A program made the translations under genes and the position numbers. A stretch of DNA of 64,000 nucleotides from Candidatus Woesebacteria bacterium UBA5941 (GTDB lineage Bacteria > Patescibacteriota > Microgenomatia > UBA8517), in assembly GCA_002430735.1 (NCBI GenBank), contig DJCV01000008.1, positions 3,111-67,110 of the forward strand. The letters are read 5' to 3'. Shown here in pieces: positions 9,516 to 19,145 of this stretch (the stretch's first letter is position 1; every line of letters starts with the position of its first letter). Below the pieces are notes generated by a model. That model saw only the letters and a program-made list of their open reading frames with translations, ran no database searches and had not been told where the DNA came from.

Positions 9516-10731
9516 AGCAGAAGTATATCAAGAGTGTCATGAAAAGCGCGAGTGTCACTATTATCGAGATTGACAAGACCGTTTGAAGCGAATTGTGGAA
9601 TAGATAAATACCAACAATTTGAGTAACACTTGCGATTACAAGCATTTTGATGGCTACATATTTTTCTTGTGGCAAATAGTAATTCACAAACACAAGAGAT
9701 AGCACCATAAACATCATAAAAATGCTGTATGGAAATAGCAATGGAACTGCATCGGTAAATGAATTTCCGTACAACACACTGATAGCAATGTCAGGGATGA
9801 AGTAAAACGCAAAGGCAAATACCCCTCCCACTAAAAATGTTAATGCCAAGCTGGTTAATAAAAGTATCGTTCCATCTTCCCCCTCTGCGTGCTTTCTTGA
9901 AATCATAGGAAATAAAACACCAGTTATTGGAAGTGTCGAGAAAAGCACTGTTCTACCCAATGTTGCTGCTGCAGCGTAACTTCCTGAGTCCCCATTTGTA
10001 AAAAACATACGAACTAATAGTAAATCCACTGTAAAAAACGCAGTGGTTGCAAGGCTTGAAGCAATAATCGGAAATGTGTGATTACTGAAATAATGTTTAG
10101 GGGAAATTGTTTGTATGGTTTTTCGATCAAACGGTACTGATCGATATGCAAAAAAGGTCAGTATCAAAATCGTGACTAAAAATCCAATTACAGCACCTCC
10201 TGCATCAAATCCAAGATATATAAAGAATGCACCAAATGCTAAGCGGAAGAATAGTTCTAGTATTGAGTAAATGGCTGCAGTCATAAATCGAAGTGATCCT
10301 TGGAAATAGGCTTTATACAAAAACAGCACAAAAGATACGAACACAATTGGTGCAATTAAAACGGCTGTCAGAACATGCAGTTGGAGTTGCTCCTTTAGAA
10401 GAATTATTCCGAAGAATAAACAAGAAATAATAAGAGCAGGTTTTAACAAGAATGATAATAGAGCAATAAATGAAACCTTCCTTTCCTCTTCAGTTCTCTG
10501 TCGAGAAACGGTCTTCACGACCATCGTTCCTAAGAAGCCGTACGTTGAGGAGAGTAATGTGAGGATTGATAAGAACACTGCGAGTTCTCCATAATCTGCT
10601 TTCCCGAGCATTCTACCCAGAACAAAATGATACAAATATGCGAACACATTCGCGATGTTACTTCCAACAAGCGAAATCATACTTCCTGAAATCATTTGAT
10701 TTGACCGAATAGCTCTTGTAATTTTTCTCAT
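9454..10731 (-). CDS. wzx: Wzx/MATE-type oligosaccharide flippase
   Basis: About 12 TM; LGRMLGKADYG, DLLLVR, GSYAAA, LFPMIS; ATGA coupling at 10731. Confidence 0.82.
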   Translation of the reverse strand: MRKITRAIRSNQMISGSMISLVGSNIANVFAYLYHFVLGRMLGKADYGELAVFLSILTLLSSTYGFLGTMVVKTVSRQRTEEERKVSFIALLSFLLKPALIISCLFFGIILLKEQLQLHVLTAVLIAPIVFVSFVLFLYKAYFQGSLRFMTAAIYSILELFFRLAFGAFFIYLGFDAGGAVIGFLVTILILTFFAYRSVPFDRKTIQTISPKHYFSNHTFPIIASSLATTAFFTVDLLLVRMFFTNGDSGSYAAAATLGRTVLFSTLPITGVLFPMISRKHAEGEDGTILLLTSLALTFLVGGVFAFAFYFIPDIAISVLYGNSFTDAVPLLFPYSIFMMFMVLSLVFVNYYLPQEKYVAIKMLVIASVTQIVGIYLFHNSLQTVLSISIIVTLALFMTLLIYFCYENRAIKHHFSKAFRGNTRV

Positions 10732-11999
10732 TTTTTGTATCGTAAAACGAATATCGCAGGAATTATCAGATTGACACACATTCCCAGAAACGCAGTCATT
10801 GCAGCACCGATAATTTTATACTCTGGAATAAGGAAAAAGCCTGCAATCGCTATTGTAATCACATGAACAATCGCGAGCCAGAAGAAAAATCTTGATTTAC
10901 CAAGAAAATACAGAATCATCGTATGAATTGGCATACTCAATAAGAACAATGCATACCCCACTATTAGAATAATTAATGGGATTATTGAAGGTCTATATTC
11001 TTCACCATATAAAAGCGGTACAAGAGTATTTGCAACGAGAACACCCACGGGTATTCCAATCACAATCAACCCTCCCACGAATAATTCAAATTTGTATAAA
11101 TACCGTTTGGCATCTTGAAGCTTAGTAAACATCGCAAACTTAGGTGCTGCTACTGTACCAAGCGCTAAAACTATTTGTGAAATAAACCCAACAAGACTGA
11201 CTGCGACTGAATAGTACCCAACCTCTTCTAGCGTTAGAAAGCGAGTCGAATAGAGTGTGTCTAATCGAGTAGAAACTGCGACTATAATTGTTGTTGCTGC
11301 AACCCACTTATTAAAATGAAAGAGCTCTGATAATTCGCTTTTTCTAAGTGGTACACCCATAAATCTCGGGATCATGAGGATGCTTAATACAAATCCAATA
11401 AAAGGAGATAAGACAAAAAGTAAAATCGCTGCGTTTCCTGCAGGAAACCCTACCGAAATGACGAGTAGAAAGACTAAAAAGCGAAATGTATTTCCTGCTA
11501 CGTTTACGAAGCTCCATCCCCAAAACTTCTGAAGAGACTGTAATGCGGCGCAGCCAAAGGAAAACAACATACTCCCTCCTACACCTAGTAAGGCCCAACG
11601 GAATGCATCATTTAATCCCTGCTTGCTTAGCAGAAACTCCGTAATAAAGCTTGTCAGTAAAAACCCTCCAGCCAGCACTATCGTAAAGCCTGTTAATTTG
11701 ATGAGGAAACCGGCATTCAAAAAACGTATTGCTCTCTTTTTATCTTTACTCCAACTTTCAGCTGCAAATTTTGTAACTCCAGTGTCTGTTCCCACGTTTG
11801 CAATTGAAGCAAGCAGGGCAACCGTAATTGTCACAAATGAAAATACTCCATAGTCATGTGGTCCAAGTAATCTCGCGACGTAAATATAAAAAACAACTCC
11901 AATTAATCCATTTAAGAGAGTGCCAAACAACGTGACACCGGACTGTTTGAAAGTACTCGTTTTCAAAATGTTTTCTGTGATATTTACAAATCGTTTCAT
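10728..11999 (-). CDS. wzx: Wzx-type oligosaccharide flippase
   Basis: ARLLGPHDYG, RLD...EVGYYSVA, LLYGEEY, IIGAA. Confidence 0.85.
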   Translation of the reverse strand: MKRFVNITENILKTSTFKQSGVTLFGTLLNGLIGVVFYIYVARLLGPHDYGVFSFVTITVALLASIANVGTDTGVTKFAAESWSKDKKRAIRFLNAGFLIKLTGFTIVLAGGFLLTSFITEFLLSKQGLNDAFRWALLGVGGSMLFSFGCAALQSLQKFWGWSFVNVAGNTFRFLVFLLVISVGFPAGNAAILLFVLSPFIGFVLSILMIPRFMGVPLRKSELSELFHFNKWVAATTIIVAVSTRLDTLYSTRFLTLEEVGYYSVAVSLVGFISQIVLALGTVAAPKFAMFTKLQDAKRYLYKFELFVGGLIVIGIPVGVLVANTLVPLLYGEEYRPSIIPLIILIVGYALFLLSMPIHTMILYFLGKSRFFFWLAIVHVITIAIAGFFLIPEYKIIGAAMTAFLGMCVNLIIPAIFVLRYKK

Positions 12000-12001
12000 A
12001 A

Positions 12002-13129
12002 TTAAGAAACCCAATAGCCTCTTATAAACATACTACAAAAAAGCAATAAAGAGAGACTAGAAACGATGAGTACTAGTATTTGCAATAGTTTTGAGCGTGT
12101 ACTTAAAAATTGGGCCATTAGTATAAATGCAGGAAACAGTACCACCATATATCTTGGCATTGAAGAAAAGCTTCCTGCAAAGGTTGGAATGAGATATCCT
12201 CCGATTAACAAGATTGAGTAACTTCCGCGTTGCTTAAAGAACGAAATAATACTTAATACAAAAAACAGCACTCCCACAGTAAACTCGAGCAAAGTGGTTG
12301 CAAGTGTTGGCCAGTACGAAGTCGCTGAAGGTAAAATTCTAAATACATACCTAAAAAACACCTGTGGCAGAAGAATGATCGTATTTGAACGCTGTTCGCC
12401 AAAAATGGCAATATTGTTATAAAAAGCCATATAATCACCGGTTGTTTGTTGTAGGAAAATCATATAAAAAACCAAACCTAAAGGAGCCATAAGTAGGGGT
12501 ATTGACGAAAGAATATTTGACCGCAGATCTCCACGGTATGCCATATACCATTCAAAGAGAAGTGCAGGTAATAAAAGTACTCCGATCAGTCGAGTAGCTG
12601 AACAAAAGAGCGCGAGGACACCTGCAATCAGCCATTTGCGTTTTCTTGCGAAATAGAAGGCACTGACAGACACCAGCAGAAAAAGACTCTCTGTATATAC
12701 CATTTGAAAATAAAAACTTGTAGGAAAAACAAGCATGAGTAATACGGTAAGCCATACAACATTCTGTTTGTAATCTAATTCAAGTAATCGCTTCAATACA
12801 AATAGTGCAAGAATAAAACAGCTAATGGAAAATATCGTACCAACAGCAACAACAGATTGCAGTTGAGTTCCTATCACGCTCACTAATATACCTATGCTTA
12901 TCGGGTATAGCGGGAAAAAGAAGTATTGGAGTGGCTTATATCCAAAACGGACCAATTCTACATAATGCTCGCCATCAAAGTTTGCATGCATAAGCAGTAA
13001 TGGCGCTTTCACATATTCACTTCGCCCTCCGCCGAGATAATTCGGTTGCAATGGGAATAGTTGTGCCGCTGCGAAGGCAAAAAGACTAATAAAAAGAATC
13101 CAGGCAGCAGTTACCGCTAAAAGCTTCAT
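12002..13129 (-). CDS. GT-C mannosyltransferase, PIG-V/GT76-like
   Basis: NFDGEHY..GY, FFPLYP, YTESLF, SATRLIG, SMPRY. Confidence 0.8.
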   Translation of the reverse strand: MKLLAVTAAWILFISLFAFAAAQLFPLQPNYLGGGRSEYVKAPLLLMHANFDGEHYVELVRFGYKPLQYFFFPLYPISIGILVSVIGTQLQSVVAVGTIFSISCFILALFVLKRLLELDYKQNVVWLTVLLMLVFPTSFYFQMVYTESLFLLVSVSAFYFARKRKWLIAGVLALFCSATRLIGVLLLPALLFEWYMAYRGDLRSNILSSIPLLMAPLGLVFYMIFLQQTTGDYMAFYNNIAIFGEQRSNTIILLPQVFFRYVFRILPSATSYWPTLATTLLEFTVGVLFFVLSIISFFKQRGSYSILLIGGYLIPTFAGSFSSMPRYMVVLFPAFILMAQFLSTRSKLLQILVLIVSSLSLLLFCSMFIRGYWVS

Positions 13130-14175
13130 TTTAATAGTACTTTTTTATACACAGAGATGGTGTTATGTGCAGTTGTTTCCCAATTAAATTTTTTTGATAA
13201 TTTTTCACCTTGCTCTCCCAACTTTTTTTGCAGACGTTTGTCCTTTAGTACCGTTTCAATACAAAACTTTATATCACGTACGTCATTGGTATCAAAAAAG
13301 ACGGATGCATCACCATAAATCTCAGTTAAAGCCTGCGTTTTCCCACAGATAGTAGGAACACCTAAGGTCATTGCGTCCAGAACCGATAAACCAAACCCTT
13401 CATAATGCGACGGTTGAATAAGAGCTTGGGAGTTGGCTATTAAAATAGGTAGTTCATTGTCAGATATAAACCCAACCCGGTGAATGTGCTTGCTATCGCC
13501 AAATCGTGTTTGCAATTCGAATAATGGCCTGTTTTCGATGTGTGTCTTATCATATTCTGTAGAAACTGCCTTTTTCCCGACAATTACGAGGTGAATCTTT
13601 GCTTGTTCACATGCATCACATAAATTAACGAGGTTCTTGTTCCAGTTAACATCGCCGATATAAAGCACATACGGGAATGATATGGAATGGTCGCGAAGGA
13701 CTTTGGCTTGTTGTACCCGTTTATCAATCGGATCAACAGTTGGGCCTAAGTACACAGGAAATATCTTTGATGGGTCAATTCCAAGATGTCGAATAATATC
13801 CTTCTTACTTGTTTCTGAGTCAGTAATGACAGCCTTTGCATTCTGAAGCACATGTCTTTGCCTGAGAAATGTTAATTTCCCTCGTACTCCTGCGGGATAA
13901 TGCTCAGGGTAGATGAGTGGTATTGCATCATGCACCGTCACAACAAATGGGACAGGAGAACGAAGTGGTAGTGTTGGGAAGAAGAAATCAAACGATGGGT
14001 AATGAATTAAGTCAAACCTATGAAGGTTTTTTTCATTGTTCGCATCTATGACTTCAAATTGAATACCCTTTGAACGAATATTTTTCAGTGCCTTCACAAG
14101 ATGCTTCGTATAAACACCAATTCCACGAGTTGCACTCCCATCGGAGAGAGGACCGCCATCTATTCCAATATTCAT
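13126..14175 (-). CDS. GT4 glycosyltransferase (mannosyltransferase-like)
   Basis: RGIGVY, VTVHDAIP, KNL, EGFGLSVLDAM. Confidence 0.9.
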   Translation of the reverse strand: MNIGIDGGPLSDGSATRGIGVYTKHLVKALKNIRSKGIQFEVIDANNEKNLHRFDLIHYPSFDFFFPTLPLRSPVPFVVTVHDAIPLIYPEHYPAGVRGKLTFLRQRHVLQNAKAVITDSETSKKDIIRHLGIDPSKIFPVYLGPTVDPIDKRVQQAKVLRDHSISFPYVLYIGDVNWNKNLVNLCDACEQAKIHLVIVGKKAVSTEYDKTHIENRPLFELQTRFGDSKHIHRVGFISDNELPILIANSQALIQPSHYEGFGLSVLDAMTLGVPTICGKTQALTEIYGDASVFFDTNDVRDIKFCIETVLKDKRLQKKLGEQGEKLSKKFNWETTAHNTISVYKKVLLK

Positions 14176-14181
14176 ACCTCT

Positions 14182-14210
14182 ATTATGAAGCCCGAACTCG
14201 GCGAAAGCAA
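14182..14210 (-). promoter_or_regulatory. Sigma70-like promoter
   Basis: TTGCTT-N17-CATAAT-N6-ATG(14175). Confidence 0.55.
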
Positions 14211-14221
14211 AAGGTTTGCAC

Positions 14222-14971
14222 TTATTTTAAGCTATATCCGCCATCAACAACTAATACGTGTCCAGTAATCCCTGAAGCCTCTGGAGAGGATAAAAACAGA
14301 ATGCCTTGCGCGATTTCTTCAGGTTTCATGAGTCTCTTCATTAACCCATCGTTAATGGCACACGACAGGGTCTCTTTGTCCCATGAAGCGGTCAAATCTG
14401 TTTCTGTAGGCCCAGGGGCAATCGCGTTTACTCTCACATGTGGGGCAAGCTCTTTAGCCATTGTTGTTGTCATACTTATAACTGCTGATTTCGCTGCGGA
14501 ATAATCTAAATTACCAACGCGACCACAATGAAACAGTCCACGAACAGAAGCAACATTTACAATTACACCGCTTTTTCTATCCAGCATAATTCGCCCAGCC
14601 TCTCGGGCACACATAAACGATCCAATCACATTTGTATGTAATACTTTCTCCCAATCTTGCCAATTTATTTCCCAGAATGATTTCGGCACATGGGCACCTG
14701 CATTATTAATCAGCACATCAATCGTTCCAAATGCTTGTAATGTCTCAACAAACATTCGTTGAATATCATCAGGGTTCGAGACATCTGCCTGAACAGCAAT
14801 AGCGTGTCCTTTTTTTGCGATGATTCGATTTACCACCTCATCAGCCGCATTTTTATTACTTACGTAATTCACCGCTACTTTAGCACCTTGTGAGGCAAAT
14901 AAAAGAGCAGTAGATCTTCCAATTCCCCGTGAAGCACCAGTTATAAGGACTACTTTATCTTTAAACTTCAT
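14222..14971 (-). CDS. Classical SDR oxidoreductase (FabG-like)
   Basis: TGASRGIG, NNAG, YSAAK, VNAIAPG, VDGG. Confidence 0.92.
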   Translation of the reverse strand: MKFKDKVVLITGASRGIGRSTALLFASQGAKVAVNYVSNKNAADEVVNRIIAKKGHAIAVQADVSNPDDIQRMFVETLQAFGTIDVLINNAGAHVPKSFWEINWQDWEKVLHTNVIGSFMCAREAGRIMLDRKSGVIVNVASVRGLFHCGRVGNLDYSAAKSAVISMTTTMAKELAPHVRVNAIAPGPTETDLTASWDKETLSCAINDGLMKRLMKPEEIAQGILFLSSPEASGITGHVLVVDGGYSLK

Positions 14972-15837
14972 ACTTTAGTATTGAAGAAATATTTTGAGTA
15001 TGCAATCGGATAATGCCATGCAGAGAACGCTGCCCACAAAAAGCCACGCATTCCATCTTTAAACCCTTTGTGACGCACATACCGCAAGAGAAATGCTTTT
15101 AACGGTTCAAGTGTTATATATCTAAAAAGTGTTATTGCGTTGCGTGGTACTCCCTCATTTGATAAGTCTTGTGCGCTTAAATCTGTATATCTATTAAGCC
15201 GCTCTAAGTACCGTTTAATTGTAGGTGAGTCCCAATGTTCCAACGGTTCAAAGAGCCAGGCGACGCTCCCGTCAATTTGCATTTGCTCATGTACTGATTT
15301 TGCAGGAAGCCTAGCCTTCCCTCTTTTTATAAGCCGCACAACGCCATCGGGATATACTCCTCCATAAATCAACGGTTTACCGAGAAACATATTTATGCGT
15401 GGAATCAGAAACGCAACAATTTCTCGGTCCCGCTCGCCAAGTTCACCATCGCGTGACTGCAGCAATGATAAATGTCGGCTAAATAATCTGCTGCGTCTAG
15501 CATCTTTAGGTGTCCTTCTTAGGATTTCATCCGACGACATCGACAGTACAGACAGTATTTCCTTGCGTAATGCAGGGGTTACAACTTCGTCGGCATCAAG
15601 CTGTAAAATCCAATCACCTTGTGCTTTGTCAATCGCTTTTTGTTTCGTTACATGAAAAATTTCTTCATGATTAACAGAAAAGACACGGGCACCGAGCTCT
15701 TTGGCAATAGCTACTGTTTTATCAATAGAATGTTCATCAAAGACAATAACTTCATCAGCGATTTCTTTGACTGAATTCAAGCAGCGAGCTATATTTTCTT
15801 CTTCATTTCTGGTTGCAAGGACCACTGATAGTTTCAT
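14968..15837 (-). CDS. GT2, WaaE/KdtX-like beta-glycosyltransferase
   Basis: LDADE, YPD..RL, VHE, NRYT, GFKDG. Confidence 0.88.
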   Translation of the reverse strand: MKLSVVLATRNEEENIARCLNSVKEIADEVIVFDEHSIDKTVAIAKELGARVFSVNHEEIFHVTKQKAIDKAQGDWILQLDADEVVTPALRKEILSVLSMSSDEILRRTPKDARRSRLFSRHLSLLQSRDGELGERDREIVAFLIPRINMFLGKPLIYGGVYPDGVVRLIKRGKARLPAKSVHEQMQIDGSVAWLFEPLEHWDSPTIKRYLERLNRYTDLSAQDLSNEGVPRNAITLFRYITLEPLKAFLLRYVRHKGFKDGMRGFLWAAFSAWHYPIAYSKYFFNTKV

Positions 15838-15840
15838 AGA

Positions 15841-17478
15841 TTAATTTACAACAACCCTAAAGTAACGATATCCATTTTCTCCAATAATGTCTTGACTAAT
15901 GTTTGCTTCAGGCAAAATTTCTTGGCTTGTTCCGACAATTAAACTGTTTGGATATTGTTGTATCATTTTTTCGTATGGCACTGATTCGAAAGAAAAATTA
16001 CTGAAACTTCGAACGGTAGAAAATCCATATTGATCTCGTGCTGTTAACGTATGCTCCTTCTGAAACAGAGCTGGATCATATTTCATATAAAAAAGAAACA
16101 AAATATACGGCTGATCATATCGATCAGTAACTATTACTTTTTGATACTGGGTATGAATCGGTGATAAATACGTCACAAGCTCCTTTACACCATACTGAGA
16201 TGAAAATGGAAAAGCCTTTGCCATATGAGAATAGTACATATGAATATATCGACCTACGCTCAAGGCGATCAACAATGTCATTACAACACAGATGGCTCTC
16301 GTATAACTCTTAAAGTATGTGCAGATAATAAACAAACCATATGCACTTAATAAAGTGAGTGGAATAACCATGTTTGCAGATCTAAGGGCATGTGGTGACT
16401 GAAACGTGAGTGCCGCAGGAAGTGGTGCAATCAGTAACCATAGAAAAACCGTTTGCCACTTTTTGTTTTTCGACCTGATGGCATATAAAATCCCAACCCC
16501 GAGAAACGCTATCTCTATTAAGTGAAGCTGTCCTGTCTCAGGCACCTTGTTTCGTTGAATATCATCGCCTGATAGGAATAAGAATTCTCCCCAATAATGT
16601 TCTGCCCAGTTTGAGAGGAACGCCAACGTATATCCGATTGGTTTATTGTGGAGTAGTCTTGGTATTACTCCATTTGTGTTTTCGTAGTTGCCTCGTAATT
16701 CGTTGACTCTATTTTCAGGACCTGAATCAGACCATAGACCCACCCCTCCAGCACGCGCTAAACCGGCCGGACTCACCAGTGAAAAAAGAAGCGGTAGACA
16801 TAGTAAAAAGCCAATGCTACCTACGCTTACTACACGTTTCCATGATTGAAGGAGTGCTTTCCAATCATTAGCTACTAAAACGAGTACGAGTAGCGGTGTA
16901 ATAATCCGTGCAGCGTGATACGTATAAAGCGACAAGACAAACACCACACATGAGGCGAGTAAGTAGACCGACCGCTCTCTCCATCGCATGAAAAAATACG
17001 CACCTGATACCAAAAAGAAGGTGGCTATATTTACTTCCCAAGCACCTCGACTGAAGTGGATATGCCATGGCGATACTGACAGTAAGAATGCGGCTAACAG
17101 TGGAAAGTATTGAGCCAACTGCTTATTTGTTTTTTCCCTGACCATCTCTTTTGCAAGCAAGTACAACGCAACAATGGTGAATATTCCAATCAGCGCTGGG
17201 AGCAATCGAACAGACCACTCATTCAATCCAAACGCGGCTATAAAAGGGAGAATTGCATAAACGGTTAATCCAGGCTTGAAGTCATTAAACGATTGAAAGT
17301 GTAGCGGCCACTTATTCCCATGCTCATCCAAACCTGTTTTCAATAGTGCATAAGCGTTATATCCCAGTGCAGCTTCATCTGCGTTTATCGCGGGTACGGT
17401 ATCAAGTTTGTATAGGCGTAAAACAGCTCCTAACAAAACGATTACACAGAGGAGTATTAATTGTTTTTTCATATTCAT
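15841..17478 (-). CDS. ArnT/PMT-like GT-C glycosyltransferase
   Basis: NADEAALGYNAY..LKTG.DE.G, FNDFKP, VRL, SPWH..SR...E, YH. Confidence 0.85.
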   Translation of the reverse strand: MNMKKQLILLCVIVLLGAVLRLYKLDTVPAINADEAALGYNAYALLKTGLDEHGNKWPLHFQSFNDFKPGLTVYAILPFIAAFGLNEWSVRLLPALIGIFTIVALYLLAKEMVREKTNKQLAQYFPLLAAFLLSVSPWHIHFSRGAWEVNIATFFLVSGAYFFMRWRERSVYLLASCVVFVLSLYTYHAARIITPLLVLVLVANDWKALLQSWKRVVSVGSIGFLLCLPLLFSLVSPAGLARAGGVGLWSDSGPENRVNELRGNYENTNGVIPRLLHNKPIGYTLAFLSNWAEHYWGEFLFLSGDDIQRNKVPETGQLHLIEIAFLGVGILYAIRSKNKKWQTVFLWLLIAPLPAALTFQSPHALRSANMVIPLTLLSAYGLFIICTYFKSYTRAICVVMTLLIALSVGRYIHMYYSHMAKAFPFSSQYGVKELVTYLSPIHTQYQKVIVTDRYDQPYILFLFYMKYDPALFQKEHTLTARDQYGFSTVRSFSNFSFESVPYEKMIQQYPNSLIVGTSQEILPEANISQDIIGENGYRYFRVVVN

Positions 17479-19145
17479 TTAATATCTATAATTCTCAGTG
17501 AAACATTTTTACCATCAAGATGCTTAATATTTGAAATTACTCGGAACGCAGTCCCTTCTTGAGAATCAGCTTCTGGAATTCTCTCACTATCGCCAACTAC
17601 CAAAGTTCCGGTCTTACCTCTTAAAACTTGCCAGTCAATTCCTTTAAAGGAAATATTATCAAGCTGCTCTAATTGTCCTACATCTCCATACTTACTTTCT
17701 ACGAAATGGTCGTTTATTGCACTCTGGAACTTCTGAGGGTCATATGCACCGTAGAACAAGAAATAAATATAAGGCTGTGAATAGCTTTGCTGGAAAATTA
17801 TTGATGAGTACTGTGACTGAATAGGAAGTATTGATTGCACAGCCTGCTTGTACCCATATTCCCAATATTTAGAGTGTAATTTTGGCAGGTGAATAAAGTA
17901 TGCATCAGCAAAGTACACAAACGACAATATATACCCGAAGAAGACAATCGCACCAACTATGCTTTTAAACTTCCCGGTACTCACAAGTGCGTGAACACCA
18001 TATCCAATGAGTACTGTTAGCGGAATTACCATTTGTAAACTACGCACTGCATGCACTTGATCCCGAGAAAGAATGGCTGGCAGTGGAGCGATGACAAGCC
18101 ATAATGCAATAAAGCGTAGGAATGGCGTTTTTCTAGATTTCACAATCACGAATAACCCGATCAAGATCATTGGCAAGTCGAGAATATGAAGCATTCCAAC
18201 ATATGGCGCAGAATGCCGCGGATTCTGCCAATCTCCTTCGAAGAACAAAAACCTGCCAGAAAAATGATTAAACCAACGACCAAGAATACCTCTTGCAAAA
18301 TTCAATGGCTCATTATGAAACGCGTAGTAGGAAATGCTTCCATTTTGTTCATTCCCTTCAGCAAGCAAGTGTTCTAAGTAAGCCGCTGGCCGAGGTGCTG
18401 AAAAAACACTAAATACTGCAAGTCTGCCTGCTTGCCCAACAAACATTGAAACTAAAATAGGAATACTTATTACAAAACCGACAATTGCGGAAAGAATCAA
18501 TTGCCGCTTTGGCATTTGCATAAGTTTTTTATAGTGGGTAATGCTTAAGAGAAGAATGACTATCACGCTTGATAACTTAGCACCTTGATAACAAAGAAGT
18601 GTTAATGCAAAAAAAGCGGCTGCTGGAATAAGTGATGAAGACTTTTCCATAGCGCGTAGGAAGTAGTAGGTACCTATAAGTGTTAGTGTAAGCGCAACGT
18701 TTACCTCCCACGCGCCACGGCTCAGCATAATATGCCATGGAGACAAGGCGAGTACTGCAGCAACAATGTACGGAAGCAAACTTTTTTTGTCATTCACCAC
18801 AACTTGCATAATTTTAAAGAGTACAAATACAGCAAGAATCCCTGATAACGCCCCCGGAAGCCTTGTTGCAATTTCCGTTAATCCAAGTGTCGCAATAAAA
18901 GGTACTGTGAGATACACATATAACCCTGGTTTGAAATCGCCAAATGATTTGAAGACAAACGGAAGTAAAGTTCCATGTTCATCTCTGCCTGTTTTTAAAA
19001 TTGAATATGCGCTATATCCAAGAGCTGCCTCGTCAGGTGTTAGGTGTGGTGGTACGCTTCCCAACTGGATCAAACGCACAAGCGACGCAGTTACTAGTAT
19101 CAGCGTTATGACAACTTTTCGTAATAATGGCTTATTTATGTTCAT
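17475..19145 (-). CDS. ArnT/PMT-like GT-C glycosyltransferase (start MNINKP)
   Basis: TPDEAALGYSAYSILKTGRDEHG, FGDFKP, SPWH..SRG.WE. Confidence 0.85.
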   Translation of the reverse strand: MNINKPLLRKVVITLILVTASLVRLIQLGSVPPHLTPDEAALGYSAYSILKTGRDEHGTLLPFVFKSFGDFKPGLYVYLTVPFIATLGLTEIATRLPGALSGILAVFVLFKIMQVVVNDKKSLLPYIVAAVLALSPWHIMLSRGAWEVNVALTLTLIGTYYFLRAMEKSSSLIPAAAFFALTLLCYQGAKLSSVIVILLLSITHYKKLMQMPKRQLILSAIVGFVISIPILVSMFVGQAGRLAVFSVFSAPRPAAYLEHLLAEGNEQNGSISYYAFHNEPLNFARGILGRWFNHFSGRFLFFEGDWQNPRHSAPYVGMLHILDLPMILIGLFVIVKSRKTPFLRFIALWLVIAPLPAILSRDQVHAVRSLQMVIPLTVLIGYGVHALVSTGKFKSIVGAIVFFGYILSFVYFADAYFIHLPKLHSKYWEYGYKQAVQSILPIQSQYSSIIFQQSYSQPYIYFLFYGAYDPQKFQSAINDHFVESKYGDVGQLEQLDNISFKGIDWQVLRGKTGTLVVGDSERIPEADSQEGTAFRVISNIKHLDGKNVSLRIIDIK

